The translations under genes were made by a program, and so were the position numbers. From positions 28,520,001-28,584,000 of the forward strand of contig OX597820.1 of NCBI GenBank assembly GCA_951406725.2: a DNA stretch of 64,000 nt. The letters are read 5' to 3'. The DNA comes from Octopus vulgaris. Taxonomy: Eukaryota. Numbering within the stretch: position 1 is the stretch's first letter; every line of letters starts with the position of its first letter. The notes beneath the pieces are model-generated. The model saw only the letters and a program-made list of their open reading frames with translations. It was not told the origin of the DNA and ran no database searches. Below are positions 44,601-58,230 of this stretch, in pieces.

Positions 44601-45110
44601 CTGTTAAGATTGAGGGCATCACCGTCAATGGATGCCCTTGGAGGTGCAACATGATCAGAGACAGGACCCGGCAAAGCAGGGGCTGGACCTACATCCGCAG
44701 GTATACCATTAGGTCTGGTTCCCTGGGGAAGAGGAACCCTGGTGCAGTTAATTGTAAATTCCATAGTCTTTTCAAATGGCTAATAATGTGTGCGCGCGCC
44801 ACTACTACACACATTGGAAAGCATTGTACAACCAAGTACTAAAGAAGATCTTTCCTCCTCCATGAAACAAAGCTGTTCCCGCTGGACGTCAACCCAGTAC
44901 TTCTAAGCTACGGGCTGAGTGATTTATTGTAAGGTTATCTCCCTAGATAGGTTGCCTTCACTACGGCTAAGGAGCCCTTTCTACCCCACTGACACAGGTT
45001 GTACTGGTTTACAGTTTACCAGTAGTAGGATCCGATGCTGCATACAACAGACCTGACCTGACAAGATCGTTCAGAATTGGTTGAGCAATGGCATTAATGG
45101 GAAGGACAAG
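41612..45110 (-). mobile_element. Near full-length RTE LINE with (GAT)n tail
   Basis: The stop codon is the first TGA of a (TGA)n tail. About 350 bp of putative 5' UTR lies upstream. The 5' boundary and a target-site duplication were not identified. Confidence 0.8.
41624..44764 (-). CDS. RTE-clade LINE polyprotein, AP endonuclease plus reverse transcriptase (1046 aa, uninterrupted)
   Basis: APE motifs TLNARTL, AVQEHR, VYSP, GDLNA, IDY and SDH. RT motifs PIPKKG, NYRGISL, QNGFR, FVDFSKAFDS, GILQGDTLAPFLF, DFADD and YKYLGS. Confidence 0.93.
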   Translation of the reverse strand: MEFTINCTRVPLPQGTRPNGIPADVGPAPALPGPVSDHVAPPRASIDGDALNLNRRVSPDGEESAPNQTTPNKHLISCKNHTILSTLNARTLGSLGRLEELGANAESHGIDIIAVQEHRFYHPDNILKYHQVGSYQLVTSSASKNTVNSTVGGIGFLLSSKASDTLLSIESISPRIMVLEIDGNPKTTLVCVYSPHNSSVADEIENFYTTLRSTIEQVPLHNFLVIAGDLNARLGPDETKFTFNSKTNRNGEMLKDFLEEFNLYTSNNSFMKPKGQLWTFESPLGDRAQIDYLIFRKKWRNSVKDSRSYSSFSSVGSDHRIVSATVKLSLRSSKKTKPHPIKMIDWEEVLSNPDMSKQFTIEVYNKFQSLSTSEIDAENIEEVYSSLIKSTEEVALATLPKRKSRGQSKPSNSPNVIEARNHLKSISLAYHRSPSQSLKIQLIAARKNLDEAYLNAEVEFINGKISKLSKEHISKKHHLAWKSIKDLSGKNSGSSIRIKGGSAKKRLENWSTHFKNLLGKNAKIPDNPTLPSVPISDTLDINTSPFTIFELTAATKQLKASKAFGPDNIPAVIWKDDRFHTLLLNLCNHTLSTFVAPKIWHQSQIIPIPKKGDLSLVTNYRGISLMSIAAKLYNKLILNRLVLFVEPLLRKNQNGFRHGRSTLSQILCLRRLIEESKAFNRDLAMVFVDFSKAFDSVDRCKMFEILKLYGIPDKIISAIKVLYTDTSSTILTPDGETSSFSIEAGILQGDTLAPFLFIIVVDYVLRMSVDTISGKGFEIKPRRSSRHPAEYLTDTDFADDIALISDSLSNAQSLLQSLEQASNCVGLYLNETKTEYINKCLSNSDCIIHTLNSAPLNMVSDYKYLGSYISSSGKDFLTRKGMAWSACNDMHKIWSSNLSRDFKLEIFKATVEPILLYGSETWTLSKKLERRLDGTYTRLLMRAQNLSWRRHPTKMQIYGKLPPVSSLVKGRRVQFAGHCCRAEKEVISTLLLWKPSTRNTRGRTLSYPDVISRDTGIQQQDLRNAMVDREVWRNMVNSIVSTTVEQ

Positions 45111-45894
45111 TGAGGGAGAGCCATTTAGTACTTCAATATTTGCGTCTGCGTATGTTTGTATAAGTGTGAATAATGTGTTTATGTGCGAGAAGGCACATGC
45201 TTTTGTCTATCGTTAATTTAATTTAAATTTTTCTCACGTTTTTCCCTTTTAAAGTATTTCTTTTTAAAGTAATTTACACCCTGGAGGGAGGGCTGAGGGT
45301 TTGTTTTTACTGTAGATTCTCTTTTCTCCCAACAAAGAAAAAAGAAAGGGATTTTTCATTGGTGTCACCGGTATAATTCAGACACGGGGGGAAACATCTC
45401 GATGTCATTCAAACTTGTATGTTTCTAATTGTAGCAGCAGTAGCAGCAGCAGCAAGTTCTGGCAGCAGCCGCAGCAATGTAGCAGCAACTACTGCTTTCG
45501 TAGGGTGAGAGGAAGAACGTTCGGTCAGAGAGAGTTCAAATGTCTGCTATATTGTTGATAGAACTTTCGAACATACACTGACCTTGACTTGGAGAAAAAT
45601 CAAGGAGGGGCCGACTATGAACAGTACTTGTGAATAGAGTCGTGTACGAGCAGAGAGAAACTATAAAGAGTATTTTTCTTTTTTCCTTTTTATTCTCCAC
45701 ATGTTTTATTTCTGCGATTACAATAAAAGGTATGTTCGCATATTTCGGGTAGTCAAGAAGAAAATAAAGGTTAGCAGGTATTTACGTCCATAATTTTAGC
45801 GTGCATTTAATTGTGTTGTTACAATAAAGGCATTTTTACAAAATGTTCACACAAAAGATGGAAATATTTATGTTTCTAAAATTGTATAGTAGGA

Positions 45895-46672
45895 TTAATT
45901 AGGCACTGTGTGTGAGAAAAACAGCACCATGGCGTAATTCACCCAGCCAGCAATTTGGAAACGACATGCTGTACCGATTGGCATTCGCGCCAGAAGCTCC
46001 AATACGAACATATCAGAGTGTTTGGATCTCAATCTGAAGACAGTGCCATCTGAGAACACGTACCGAGAGTGATAAAAATCAAACATCCAGTCAACATCAT
46101 AGTGTTTGGAGTAATCACTAGTGCTGGCAACGTTATGCCTCCATTCCTCTTCTCACACGACCTCAGACTCAAGACTGAGACCTACATGAAGAGCCTGGAC
46201 GAGGTACTGCTGCCCTGTGTCAAGAGGGTGGCTGCTGGAAGACCCTATGTCTGGCATCAGGATTCTACACCATGTCACCCAAGCAAGAGAACCCAGTCAT
46301 GGCTGTTGCAATTTCTGCGACCACACCACATCAACCATAATATCTGGCCACGTATCTCCTCAGACTCCTTGATTATTATGTGTGGAGCGCAGTGGAGCGA
46401 GAGACCAACGAAACTCCTTGTAACACCAAAGATGAACTGAAAGCAAGGATTATGGCAGCATTCACCGACTTAAACAAGGAGACCGTCTAGAGGAGTTACA
46501 GGAGATTCCGAAGTGGTCTAGAAGCCGTGGTTGAAGCGAATGGTGTTTTTATTTACTCTCTAGTATTTCAAGATATTTTTATGTAATTTTGGTAAATATA
46601 TCTGTTAAAATGAGATGTCAGTGTTATTTTCATTTTTGTGTAACTTAGACGAAAATTTATTCACCGCACCCT
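45895..46672 (+). mobile_element. Degenerate, internally deleted Tc1/mariner transposon (probably DD37D/maT-like)
   Basis: KHPVNIIVFGVITSAG...YVWHQDSTPCH...IWP...LDYYVW. Terminal sequence ATTTATTCACCGCACCCT. Confidence 0.75.
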
Positions 46673-47147
46673 TTATTTATGTAGGGATGTGTTTGTTTAA
46701 ATTTTTACAGAATGTCTCTGTATAGTGGATATATAGAATTAGGTACAGAGTTGCTTAATATGAGTGGAATGTCCTTTTCAATTCTATATTTCTTTTTCAG
46801 GATAAGAATTCTGATTCTATGTTCTTTTTCCACAAATATTTTCTATGATAAAATATTTATTCCTAATTTCAGACAGTTATTATATAGAAATGAAAGGATC
46901 ATTCTTTTTATATTAAGCATATGTATACCTGTATCACTAAGTGTGTGCGCGTGTGTGTGTATGTGTGTGTGTGTGTGTGTGAGAGAGTGTGCGTGTGAGT
47001 GTATATGTATATATGTATGCATATATTTATGTAAAACTATCTAGTCATATATATATATATATATATATATGTGCGTGTGTGTGTGTAGTATGTATATATG
47101 TGTATATAAATACGTTCGTATAAATAGATAGAGAGATACATATATGA

Positions 47148-47730
47148 AGGATGACCACTAAGTGGACATCCATTATGTTAGAGGTAGACCCCATATGCTC
47201 TGACCACTAAGAACAGATTTTACTCAACAAAATTTAGCAAACGGTTAAATCACAAATCCGGTTTCATTGTTACCACATACGTAATACTCACGCAAATGTC
47301 CCAGTTCATCAGTGTTATCGTAATAGCAAAATATATTTTGCAGAACTATAAACGAGACGTCCTCATGTGATTGACCATGCATATAGTTCTACCAATTACA
47401 TTTGGGGTTATATTTCAAATGTCTTCGTTTTGGTGCGCCAAAATACCGGAAATAATACTGCAGAAAATAATTCCCTGCAGTGAATTTTGCCGGTTAGAGA
47501 ACATGGTTATTTAAATGTAAATAATAAGGGTACAAAATTGAATATTAATTTCATTAATATCAATCTAAAATCAGTGGCCTAGCATATTGAAAAATCTGAA
47601 GATTCAGAAAAATTATATTACATACATATAAGGGGGATGACCACTAAGTGGACATCCATTATGCTAGAGGTAGACTCCATATGATCTGACCACTAAGAAA
47701 AGATTGTTCTCAAGAAAATTCAGCAAACGC
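47148..47730. repeat. Direct repeat of about 95 bp (47148-47243 and 47634-47730), partial-tandem Penelope pseudo-LTR-like unit
   Basis: GGATGACCACTAAGTGGACATCCATTATG...CTGACCACTAAGAA occurs twice. The minus strand between the copies has CTGATGA...GAAACCGG (47250-47316). Confidence 0.7.
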
Positions 47731-47980
47731 TAGAACGTAAGCTAAACGTTGGCTAAACTAGCAACATGACCATCCCAAAATACAACAATATATATTTCAA
47801 CACACGAATTCACATCAAGAATTTTTTTTTCTAGTTTAAGTTCAGAGCTGCGGCCATGCTGATGCACCGCCGTTTTGTGCTACACTGTTATTACGACGAA
47901 CCTCGTCTAATATGTGGCACTTGGTGAAGAATGGAGTTTGATATAGCTACTCTCATTTGCACCCCTTGCTGTGAGGTAGG

Positions 47981-48056
<76 letters not shown>

Positions 48057-48559
48057 GATAAGGAGCTTGGAAGGAAAGTAATGCCATGCTAATAAGAAAA
48101 CAGATTGAAATCAGCAGACGACCGTTATAGGGTTAACTGAAATTAAAATTTAAAACATAAAAGGAAGGAATAATTAAATATTTTTGAATAAAACTTTAAT
48201 GAGAAATTATTTATAGTAGAAAGTAAGAAATATTCTAAAAATATTATATGAAAATCCATAACAAAGGAAAAATAAATTCCTAAAAAAAATGTTTAATGAA
48301 ATTTGGTAAAGTATCATATGATGTTAAATATAACAAACATTTTGAATAATAGATAGGTGAGAAAAATCATACGAAAAATCATTACGTTGAAATATAGAAA
48401 TTTTGAAAATGATGACACGGGTATATGGAAACACTGTTGCTAAATATATAATGCCAAACTTCGAAGAAAATGTTGTACATGAAGAATCAACGGTGATCAA
48501 TGTAGTGTTTACATGGTCATATAAGGTCATATCTCGAATCTGAGGCCTCGAGATATGGC

Positions 48560-49330
48560 CTTGCTAGTTTGAGTATGATCTTAAAATGTACTTATAGAAA
48601 CATGGACAGAAACTCAATAGTACTCGACGTTTAATTAAGCTTTTTTATCCAACAGAGTTTATCAGTGTAAGCTTTCTCTCTGTGGTTTTGCTGATTTCTT
48701 TTGTCTGGGACATGTGCATTTGTCTCAGTTATTGGCCCTTTTTGGTGTATAAGGGAGTTTTCTTCCGCTGCCTTGGTTTGTACCCTATGTCGAGCCGTCG
48801 ATTCATCTGGTATTGTCGATAAGAGGCTGCCTTGTTCTTCCTTGAAGAATTAGATATCTGAATTTTTGTGATATCTGATATTTGAATTTTTGTAGCAGGG
48901 AATTGAAGAACTGTGGGCCTTTGAACCCTAGGTTATTGCAGTACTTGGTCTTGAATTTAGATGGAGTCGATGGTACTTTTGGTACAATACAATGGAGTCC
49001 ATTTCTGGCATTTATCTAATGCTCAATGCCGAAATTAGGTACTAGCCCTTCAAGAGTTTTCCATATGTGGATTATTATATATCTGTCGCATCTTCGCTCC
49101 AGCCTCTTACCGTTGCTCATCCGCTGCACTGTTTCAATCTTTGTAGTGTAGTGGCGTTCGACTGCTTGAAGCTTTGCTGTTAGTATGGCACTATGATGTG
49201 ATCATAACTGAAAGTAGTAGTCCATGTGACTGAGAAAAAAGGTTCTCCCTAGGGTGAACTAGTTTCTTGGACACTTGTCTTGAAGGACATTACCATCCAT
49301 CATGCCAGTTGTGTGCACTTTGCTGCCATC
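48560..49330 (-). pseudogene. Highly degenerate CR1/L2-group LINE 3' fragment
   Basis: Minus frames read SHMDYYFQL...LQAVERHYTTKI...LERRCDRYIIIHIWKTLEGLVPNFGI, similar to the 33919-34719 protein. Confidence 0.7.
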
Positions 49331-49499
49331 TTGGTAATGTGCATATGAAATTATGTATCATTGCACATACTGTACCCGAAGTCTTTCACTGCAAGGGATT
49401 GCAGAGTATAACCATTTCTACAGTATATAGAAAATGTGCGTACACATATAGATCTACTTATATAGACATATGTATACATAAGAAATTTCGGGTTTTTGA

Positions 49500-50620
49500 T
49501 TGGAAAAGTCATTTTTTTCTATAGGAAGAATGAACGTTAATCAGTTATATATTTTCCATATTATTCGATGACCGTTTACCATCTTTCTGGTAACTTCAAC
49601 ATACGGCATTGATAGAACATCTGGTGCTTCTCGGCCAAAAACTGAAGCAAGTGCGATTTCAGGTCATCATCATTTGTAAAACTTTAACAATTCATAGAAT
49701 TTTGCAAACTTCGAAATAAATGGTAATTTGATGGTACAAGGTGAGGGTTATATGGTGGATGTAATATCACTTCCTAACCAAGCTTCAGTAATTTTTCACG
49801 AGTTACCAGAGACGTGTGTGGTCTAGCGTTGTCATGGTGGTATACAATTTCTTTACGATTTGCCACTTCTGTCCGTTTTTTATTGTTTCCTGTAGCTTCA
49901 TTAACTGTTGACAGCAAACATCTGAATCGATCGTTTAGTTCCTTGGAAGCAGCTCAAAATACACAATACTTTTGTAATCCCAGCAAATTGACAGCATCAC
50001 CTTTTTTGATGTAATTCAGCCTTTGATGTAGTTTGTACTGGTTCATTACGCTTGGAACATTATCGTTTTCGATTGATATTCTTGTAGACAAACCATTTTT
50101 CATCACCAGTAATGATTCGTTTCAAAAGCAGGTCGATTTCATGCGTTTGAAATGTATATCGCAAATATTGAATCGTTGTGTAAAGTAAATCTCTTCCAAA
50201 TTATGTAAAACCCAAACACTGCGCCTCTTAACGAGTCCAAGACATTTTAAGCAATTTACGTTTAACCTCTCTGCAATCTCTCGCACAGTTATATGAAAAT
50301 CAAATTCAATTATGGCTTTGATTCCGTCATCAGCTTCAGTATGTCGACCAGAACGTTGGTCGTCTTTGAGTGAAAAATCTCTAGAACGGAATTTTTAAAA
50401 CCATTTCTGACATGTGTTTTCTGCTAAGCAATCAAAACCATAAACTTCACATACCTCTTTGTGAGCGTCAGCAGATTTCTCGCCTTTACGGAAATAAAAA
50501 TGCAGTATATGGTGAACATGTTCGTTTTTGCACACTATGTTCAAATTCACACTGAACTAACAGCTGTAAACAAAATTACGCGCAATTTGATTCCAAAGTA
50601 CGGTAAAAGTCACGGCTGTC
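49500..50620 (-). mobile_element. Degenerate mariner transposon
   Basis: Minus strand encodes RIITGDEK(W)...YKNINRKR and HPPYNPHLVPSNYHLFRSLQN. Ends are approximate. Confidence 0.8.
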
Positions 50621-50730
50621 AAATTTCAAAAGAAAAAATCATAACATTGACAAACGTCATTCGAAATATCGTAACTCTATTTGCTAAAACAACGCACTCT
50701 TTGACAAAGCAATTATATATATATATACAT

Positions 50731-50764
<34 letters not shown>

Positions 50765-51520
50765 ACATACATGCATACATACATACACACACATATATAT
50801 ATATATTTGTATGTATGTATGTATGTGTGTGGGGGGTTGCATGCGCGCTGGTGTGCATGAGCTGTTTGTGTATTCTACTTTGTAAGTTGATTTTGTTTAT
50901 CTCTATTCCAATGATAAAAAGTTTTATAACCTTTCATGAAGCGTTGATATATGAATGATACCAGGTTTGGCAATCTACAAATTATTAATTATGTTTTAAG
51001 CTATAACAGAAAGAACGTTTTTGCTTTAAGGCATTTCATGTAGGTTTTATAGGAAAATAGAATTCAGAAACAAAGTTGTTTACGCTTTATCTAGGTTACG
51101 CATGACGTAACTGAATTATTTGCCATAGCAATTCAATAACAGATCTTCGTTTCCTAAATGCTCATTGCAAAACAAACGTCATCATGTTTATTGATAGAGT
51201 ATTAGTCTTTTGTTGTAGAAGCTGCAATGTGTGAATTTGTAATGTTAGATGTTTGTAATTGTGGTATTAATAACCAACCAGTAATTGTAGTGATCCTTCC
51301 TAACTTTGACACAAAGCTAGCCATTTGGGGGGAAATAGGAATTCAATTAGATCGAACACTTACTCTATTTTATCAACATCTTAAAGTCGAAAGATTAATC
51401 GACAACATCGACAATTGGACTTCGAACGTAAATACGGACAAAATTCCGAGCACTGGCACTCATGAATTCTCGACATTAACTGATTGGAATTGTTATTATG
51501 TATGTATTTCGTCTGATGTA

Positions 51521-51982
51521 AAAGATGGGCTACAACAAATATTCTGCTCAATAATACAGATTTACTTTCAGTTGCTTGACCTTAACCATTTGAGCATTCT
51601 CTTAGTGGCTGACGATATATGCATCTCTGATCGCAAGCAGAAATATTGGGGCAGCGTCATAGCCATGTGTTGAAAGGAATTATTTAGGGTTTGGATAATT
51701 CATCTTTGGAAGCATATGTGTTTCATTCAACATCCTTAATCAACCCTTATTCAGGGACCTTTTGAGCGGGATGGGCTACTCCACCTGACGAAAATTCTAA
51801 TTGAGCCCCATCTGCAAGATCATGCGCTGTTTATCTTGATATCAGATCACTATGACGCGCACATATGGCTGTGGGACATGTGCCTGCCTTACCCTTATCA
51901 GACGAGTAGACATGATGGGTATAGTGGGCTTCGTATATTTTACCCCACTGTGACTTTGTTGGCATGCACTGCTCTCTCACTC
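51521..51982 (+). repeat. Unclassified roughly 460-bp interspersed repeat ending in (AAT)n
   Basis: The first about 250 bp match 9379-9632. It ends CTCTCTCACTC-(AAT)n. Confidence 0.75.
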
Positions 51983-52049
<67 letters not shown>

Positions 52050-52407
52050 GATCATGCATGATGATCGGCATAGTATGTCTCGATGACAACAGGATCAATG
52101 AGAAAGAAGAAAAATAAAGTGGGAAATACGAAAGTTGTGCTCCATGAGGGGAGTAGACGAGATATCAATAGTAACTAACATACTTGGAAGTATCAGCACT
52201 CAACTACCAGCATGGCTGAAAAAGTTTAGTGCAAATGTGAAGGTAGAACACCTACAAAATTCAGCATTGCTTGGAAGTGTAAGAATTCTGCGTAGGGTTC
52301 TTGAAGGATGACCAGTAAGCATGTGTCACATTAGTATATTGGCTGTGGACAGCTGGCACTTTTCATCATACCCAGCAAAATGTGCTGTCGGTTTTCCTCA
52401 TAATGGC
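52050..52407 (+). mobile_element. Short R4/Dong-like LINE 3' fragment flanked by (AAT)n
   Basis: RSCMMIGIVCLDDNRINEKEEK and LQNSALLGSVRILRRVL parallel RTCLLIDMTVP and IQKIVLMGSAHIIRKIL of the 8322-9098 ORF. Confidence 0.65.
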
Positions 52408-52545
<138 letters not shown>

Positions 52546-54097
52546 CATCATCTTCATCATCATCATCATCATTATTATATTAATTGAAAAAAAGAAAATA
52601 ATAATATTAATAATAATATTATAATAATCTTTTCTACAATAGGCACAAGGCCTGATAATCCTTTTTATTATAGTCACAAGGCCAGAAATTTTAAGGGTGG
52701 GAGCTAGTCGACTATATAGGCCCAAGAGCTCGGAAACAATAACAGGCAGAGTCGACCTATGGTGGTGAATTTCTACTCTGATCATAACGAAGCGGAAGAA
52801 ATGCCGCCGAGATTTTGCTAGAAAAGAAAGAAAAGAAAAGAATGGAATTAAAAAAGAAAGGAAGGAAGGTAGAAAAACAGAAGCAAAGAAGGAAGGAAGG
52901 AATGAAGGAAAGAAGGAGAGAGAGAAAAGGAGAGAGAGAAAAGGAGAGAAATACCTAAAGAAAAGTGTAAATTTATGAAAATATTGATAAATTTCAGTGC
53001 AGGTAATGCACTAAGGTTTTAGTTTCATTGCACTTGGCCTGGTCTGTTCAGTGTATTAGGAGATTCTAAATTTTTTTTTGCTCTAATCGCCAGTTAGCCA
53101 CCTCATGTAAACACATTAAATGAGTAAAAATCAATAGAATCATCACATGAATTCATCGAAAATAGAAATGCAAATAAGAAAAACATGCAAATCAAGAGTA
53201 TTTAGTTAGAAACCGAAAAGTTGAAATACAAAGAAACGCCTTTTCTTCCTTAATGAGATCAACAAGAGAAACACACGCAGAAACTGAGGAAGAGATGTAG
53301 AGAGAGAAGGAGAGTGAGAGAAACAAAGTAAGGGAGAGAGATAGACAGAGACAGAAACAGAGCGACAAAGGCAGAGAAGGAAAGACAAAAATTCTACATG
53401 AATATATAAATATAAGACATGACGAGAAGTAATGGAAACGAAGAAGTGCCTTAAGCAAGAAATCCTTGCACTATCACGAAAATTCCGCCTCTCTGAAGAG
53501 CGTAATTTTTAACAAAAACTCAGTTCGTTTCCAACCGATTTTGTCAAGATTGAGACAAAAATTACAGAGAAATAAATCAAAATGGCGGTAGGAGTATGAG
53601 CTCTAGACTGGATGTGTATAGAAAAAAATATTAATAGCAGCAGGATCACGATGGCAAGTAGGAATTAAATGCTGGAAAAAGGAAGCAAACAAAAAGATTT
53701 ATTTTCGTAAGGATTAACAAATCATAATGTAAATAAGTTCGTTCAAAATACAAACAACAGCGGGTTGCAAAATAATGTTAAAACCTGAGTTGTTAAACTA
53801 CATAAATTACATGCAAATTTATAGTAAGTGCCACAAGCCATTGTAAGAGCTACAAAAAGAAAAATCTGAATACCTCAACGATGGAAGCGTACAGATCTCT
53901 AAAACTAGAGAAATACTATGAACACAATGGTGATTTCAAATTTTGGCACAAGGCTGGTAATTTTGCTGAGGTGGGTGGTAGTCGATTACATTAACCCTAG
54001 TACTCAACTGGTATTTATTTTATCGAACTCCAAAGAATAAATTCCTCTCTGGTGGCATTTGAACAAAGAACGTAAAGTTGCCTCTCTTTGATACTTC

Positions 54098-54598
54098 CCA
54101 TTGATAAAAGCTAAGGAGCTAGAAACATCAATTTACGTGATTCCTGATAGATGGCGACACTGAACAGATATGGTGTTTTTACACCTTTTTACCATAACAG
54201 AAAATTTTTTCGATGGTAACTGCAATGAATTTGCCTTTTAGCAGTTGAAATATGCCACAAGCATATTCTAACTAACCTACATTTTGCGTATGCCTAAATA
54301 ATGCTTGGCGCTAATATTTCAGTAAATTCCACAGCCGGGCAGTCTGCTGATGTAAATCTGTCAACATTGTTGACTGCATTTTAGATAAAGCTTCCGCTTT
54401 ATAAAATCTGTTCACAGTTGCTTTAGGTATTTGCCATTGATAAAAGCTAAGGAGCTAGGAACATCGATGTCTGGGAATCCTGATAGATGATGTCGCTGAA
54501 CAGATATAGTGCTTTAACACCTTCTTAGCATAAGAATAAGTTTCCTCCATGGTAAGTGCAGTGAATTTGAATTTTGGCAGTTGAAATATGTCATAAAC

Positions 54599-54603
<5 letters not shown>
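54098..54603 (+). repeat. Diverged direct duplication of about 170 bp (54098-54267 and 54434-54603)
   Basis: CCATTGATAAAAGCTAAGGAGCTAG...CCTGATAGATG...CTGAACAGATAT...GCAGTTGAAATATG occurs twice. Confidence 0.85.
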
Positions 54604-54662
<59 letters not shown>

Positions 54663-56137
54663 TATGACATATTATATATATATATATGATCATATGTATA
54701 TATGATCTTTTACTTGGGACACAACGTTGAAGGGTGATTTTTTTTTCAGTCGAACAAATCGCCCCAGGACTAATTTTTTAAAAAGTATTGTACTTGTTCT
54801 ATCGGCCTGTAGTAACCACTAATTTACTACAAGCTTCTTTCAGTTTCCGCCTAGCATACCCACTTACAAGACTCTGGTCGGCTAAAGGCTATAGAAGAAC
54901 ATCATCATCTTCCCTTTGCTGTCTTGGCACCCACAAGGTGTCACTGAACTCGGAACTTATCAATGTGAGGCAGCCGAATCCAGCAAGGCTTGCAGTTGAA
55001 CTGAATGTGTTTCATTGATCACGCCCATATATACATACAATATATACATATATGTGTTTGCATGTGGAGGTGGGTGGAGATGTATGTGTGTGCGTTTGTG
55101 TGTGTGTGTGCGTGTGTGTATGTATGTGTGTGTGTGCGTGTGTGTATGTGCGTGTGTCTTTGCGCGTGATCTTGTTGCTCCACCGCTAGATAGCGGTGTT
55201 AACATTCTGTTAACATTCCCTTAAGAAAATCATAGAATATGTACCAAACTTTAGGAAACAAATAAATACTGGTGTAGCGTTGTTCCACTACAGCTTTCAA
55301 GGTGATCCTCCAGCATGGCCGCCTTTCAATGACTGAAGCAAACGAAAAAGGACTGTAAATACAGTAGCCACATAATATAGACGCTGCGTGCCAACACATG
55401 CTTGAAGCAGTCTCTACTTTTCTCAACATTTTTTCACGACATCACCGACTATTGGTCTGATACCGAGGAAAAGTAATCGGCCCACAGCAAGCCATAGGTA
55501 AGAGGAAGAAAATATTCTTATGATCGTTGTCTCATTGCATAAAGAAAATTAAATGGCTGACGGAATGGAAAGAGAGACCCGCCAAACAACCAAGCACAAT
55601 TACAGCCATGACAACAAAAAGAATAATAAAAACAAATTAAACCTGCAACAACAAAAACAACAACGAGAATATCGACTCTGATGCCAATAACACCAACAGC
55701 ATTAGAGAGCAGAGCAGCTACAATAAGAGCCAATAGAGAAAAGCAAAGAAATACACAAGTACGTTCACAAGTGCAACAACAAATGAAGCAACAGCAAATA
55801 CAGCATCATCAGCAACCATAAGACAGGCTTTGGTGTTTTATTTATCATTATCAGTAGCAGCAGTAGTGCTGTCAATACTGCCTTGCAATACCTGGAAATG
55901 GCAGAATTGGGAGCATTGTCGAATGAAATGTAAGAAATATGAAGATATCAAGCGTAAGATTGTGAATTTATGATTAGGTAGGCAGATATAGATATCTATA
56001 TATATATGAGTATATATATATATATACATATATATACTCATAGTCACACACAAATATACACACATGTACACATGTACCTCTGCATATGCACTCACATATA
56101 TATGTAAATATGAATATGTTTATATATATATATATGT

Positions 56138-56180
<43 letters not shown>

Positions 56181-56696
56181 TGTAATGACATATATATATA
56201 TATATATATATGTCTGTGTGTATATATATTTTAGATATATAGGCATATACATATATCTTAGATATATGTGCGTATATGTGTATATGTGTGGATATTCTTT
56301 TGGAAGTATGAGTATGATCGTGCAATGCCAATGGTAGCATCGACTGCAGAAAAAGATAAGTAATAAATAAGATAAACGGTTAACTGAACAATTAAATATA
56401 AGATGGCGATTTTCCCAAACTTTACTTTCGCATCGATCGCCAACTTTCGAGCAAGAAACTACGGAGTCTTCTTGAAGAATAATAATAGTTACATGAGTCA
56501 GAGTTAGAACGTTTGGGAAGGACAATATAACACCGAATATGACGTACAGAAAAAATGTCTTAGGTATGAGGTGGAAATAAATAAAATAATGAATTAAAAT
56601 ATCTAGAAAATCCCTTATCAAATGGACTGAGATTCTAATTAGAAATTTTCTACGCCTACCGTATACACTTTATTATTATTATTATTATTATTATTT

Positions 56697-56741
<45 letters not shown>

Positions 56742-56742
56742 A

Positions 56743-56778
<36 letters not shown>

Positions 56779-56811
56779 AGGTAATAGCAGCAGCAACAGC
56801 AGTAGAAAGTA

Positions 56812-57576
<765 letters not shown>

Positions 57577-57728
57577 TATAATATGATATAATTTAATATA
57601 AAAGGCTAAGATTGTTAAAAGTTTTATCAGTGGCCAGCGTATATAAATAGGCTAATTTAGGTGAAATCATAAATACAATTCTAATTAACGGCAATAATTT
57701 TTTTATATGATCTTAATAATAATAATAA

Positions 57729-57801
<73 letters not shown>

Positions 57802-58029
57802 GTGTGTGTGTATCTGTGTGTGTGTTTGCGTGTGTGTGTATAAATGTTATAATTTCTAAATATCTTTAAAGGAGAAATACAGCAGCTGTACTTGGGTATT
57901 AATATTTATTGCCAAATTAACGTAGCCGTCCAGATTAATAGGACGAATCCTGCTGTTCATTGGCTCCGAGAGGCTAGCTATATGACACACAAACCTGCGT
58001 CCATAAACTTTCGAACAGGAGAGGTCATC

Positions 58030-58230
58030 TTATGTCCATCGGACTCTTTTGCTCGAACCGAGGTTAATATTACGGGGGCGTAAACAACTACCCTGAGTAT
58101 CGGTTTGTCAAGCAATGTTGGGGGGACAAACAAGCACAGCATACATATATATGCATATATACGACGGGCTTCTTTCAGTTTCCGTTTATCTGCACGCAAG
58201 AGTTTGGTCGCGCGCCAGGCTGTAGCTAGC
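58030..58230 (-). mobile_element. SINE family A, partial
   Basis: Nearly collinear with 61065-61240. Confidence 0.75.

Noticed and set aside
45434-45503. Possible Ala/Ser-rich micro-exon bounded by AG and GT
   Set aside because: It is mostly a degenerate (GCA)n tract with no neighbouring exons or homology evidence.
53578-53590. YY1-like motif CAAAATGGCGG as a promoter
   Set aside because: A single short motif with no downstream gene identified.
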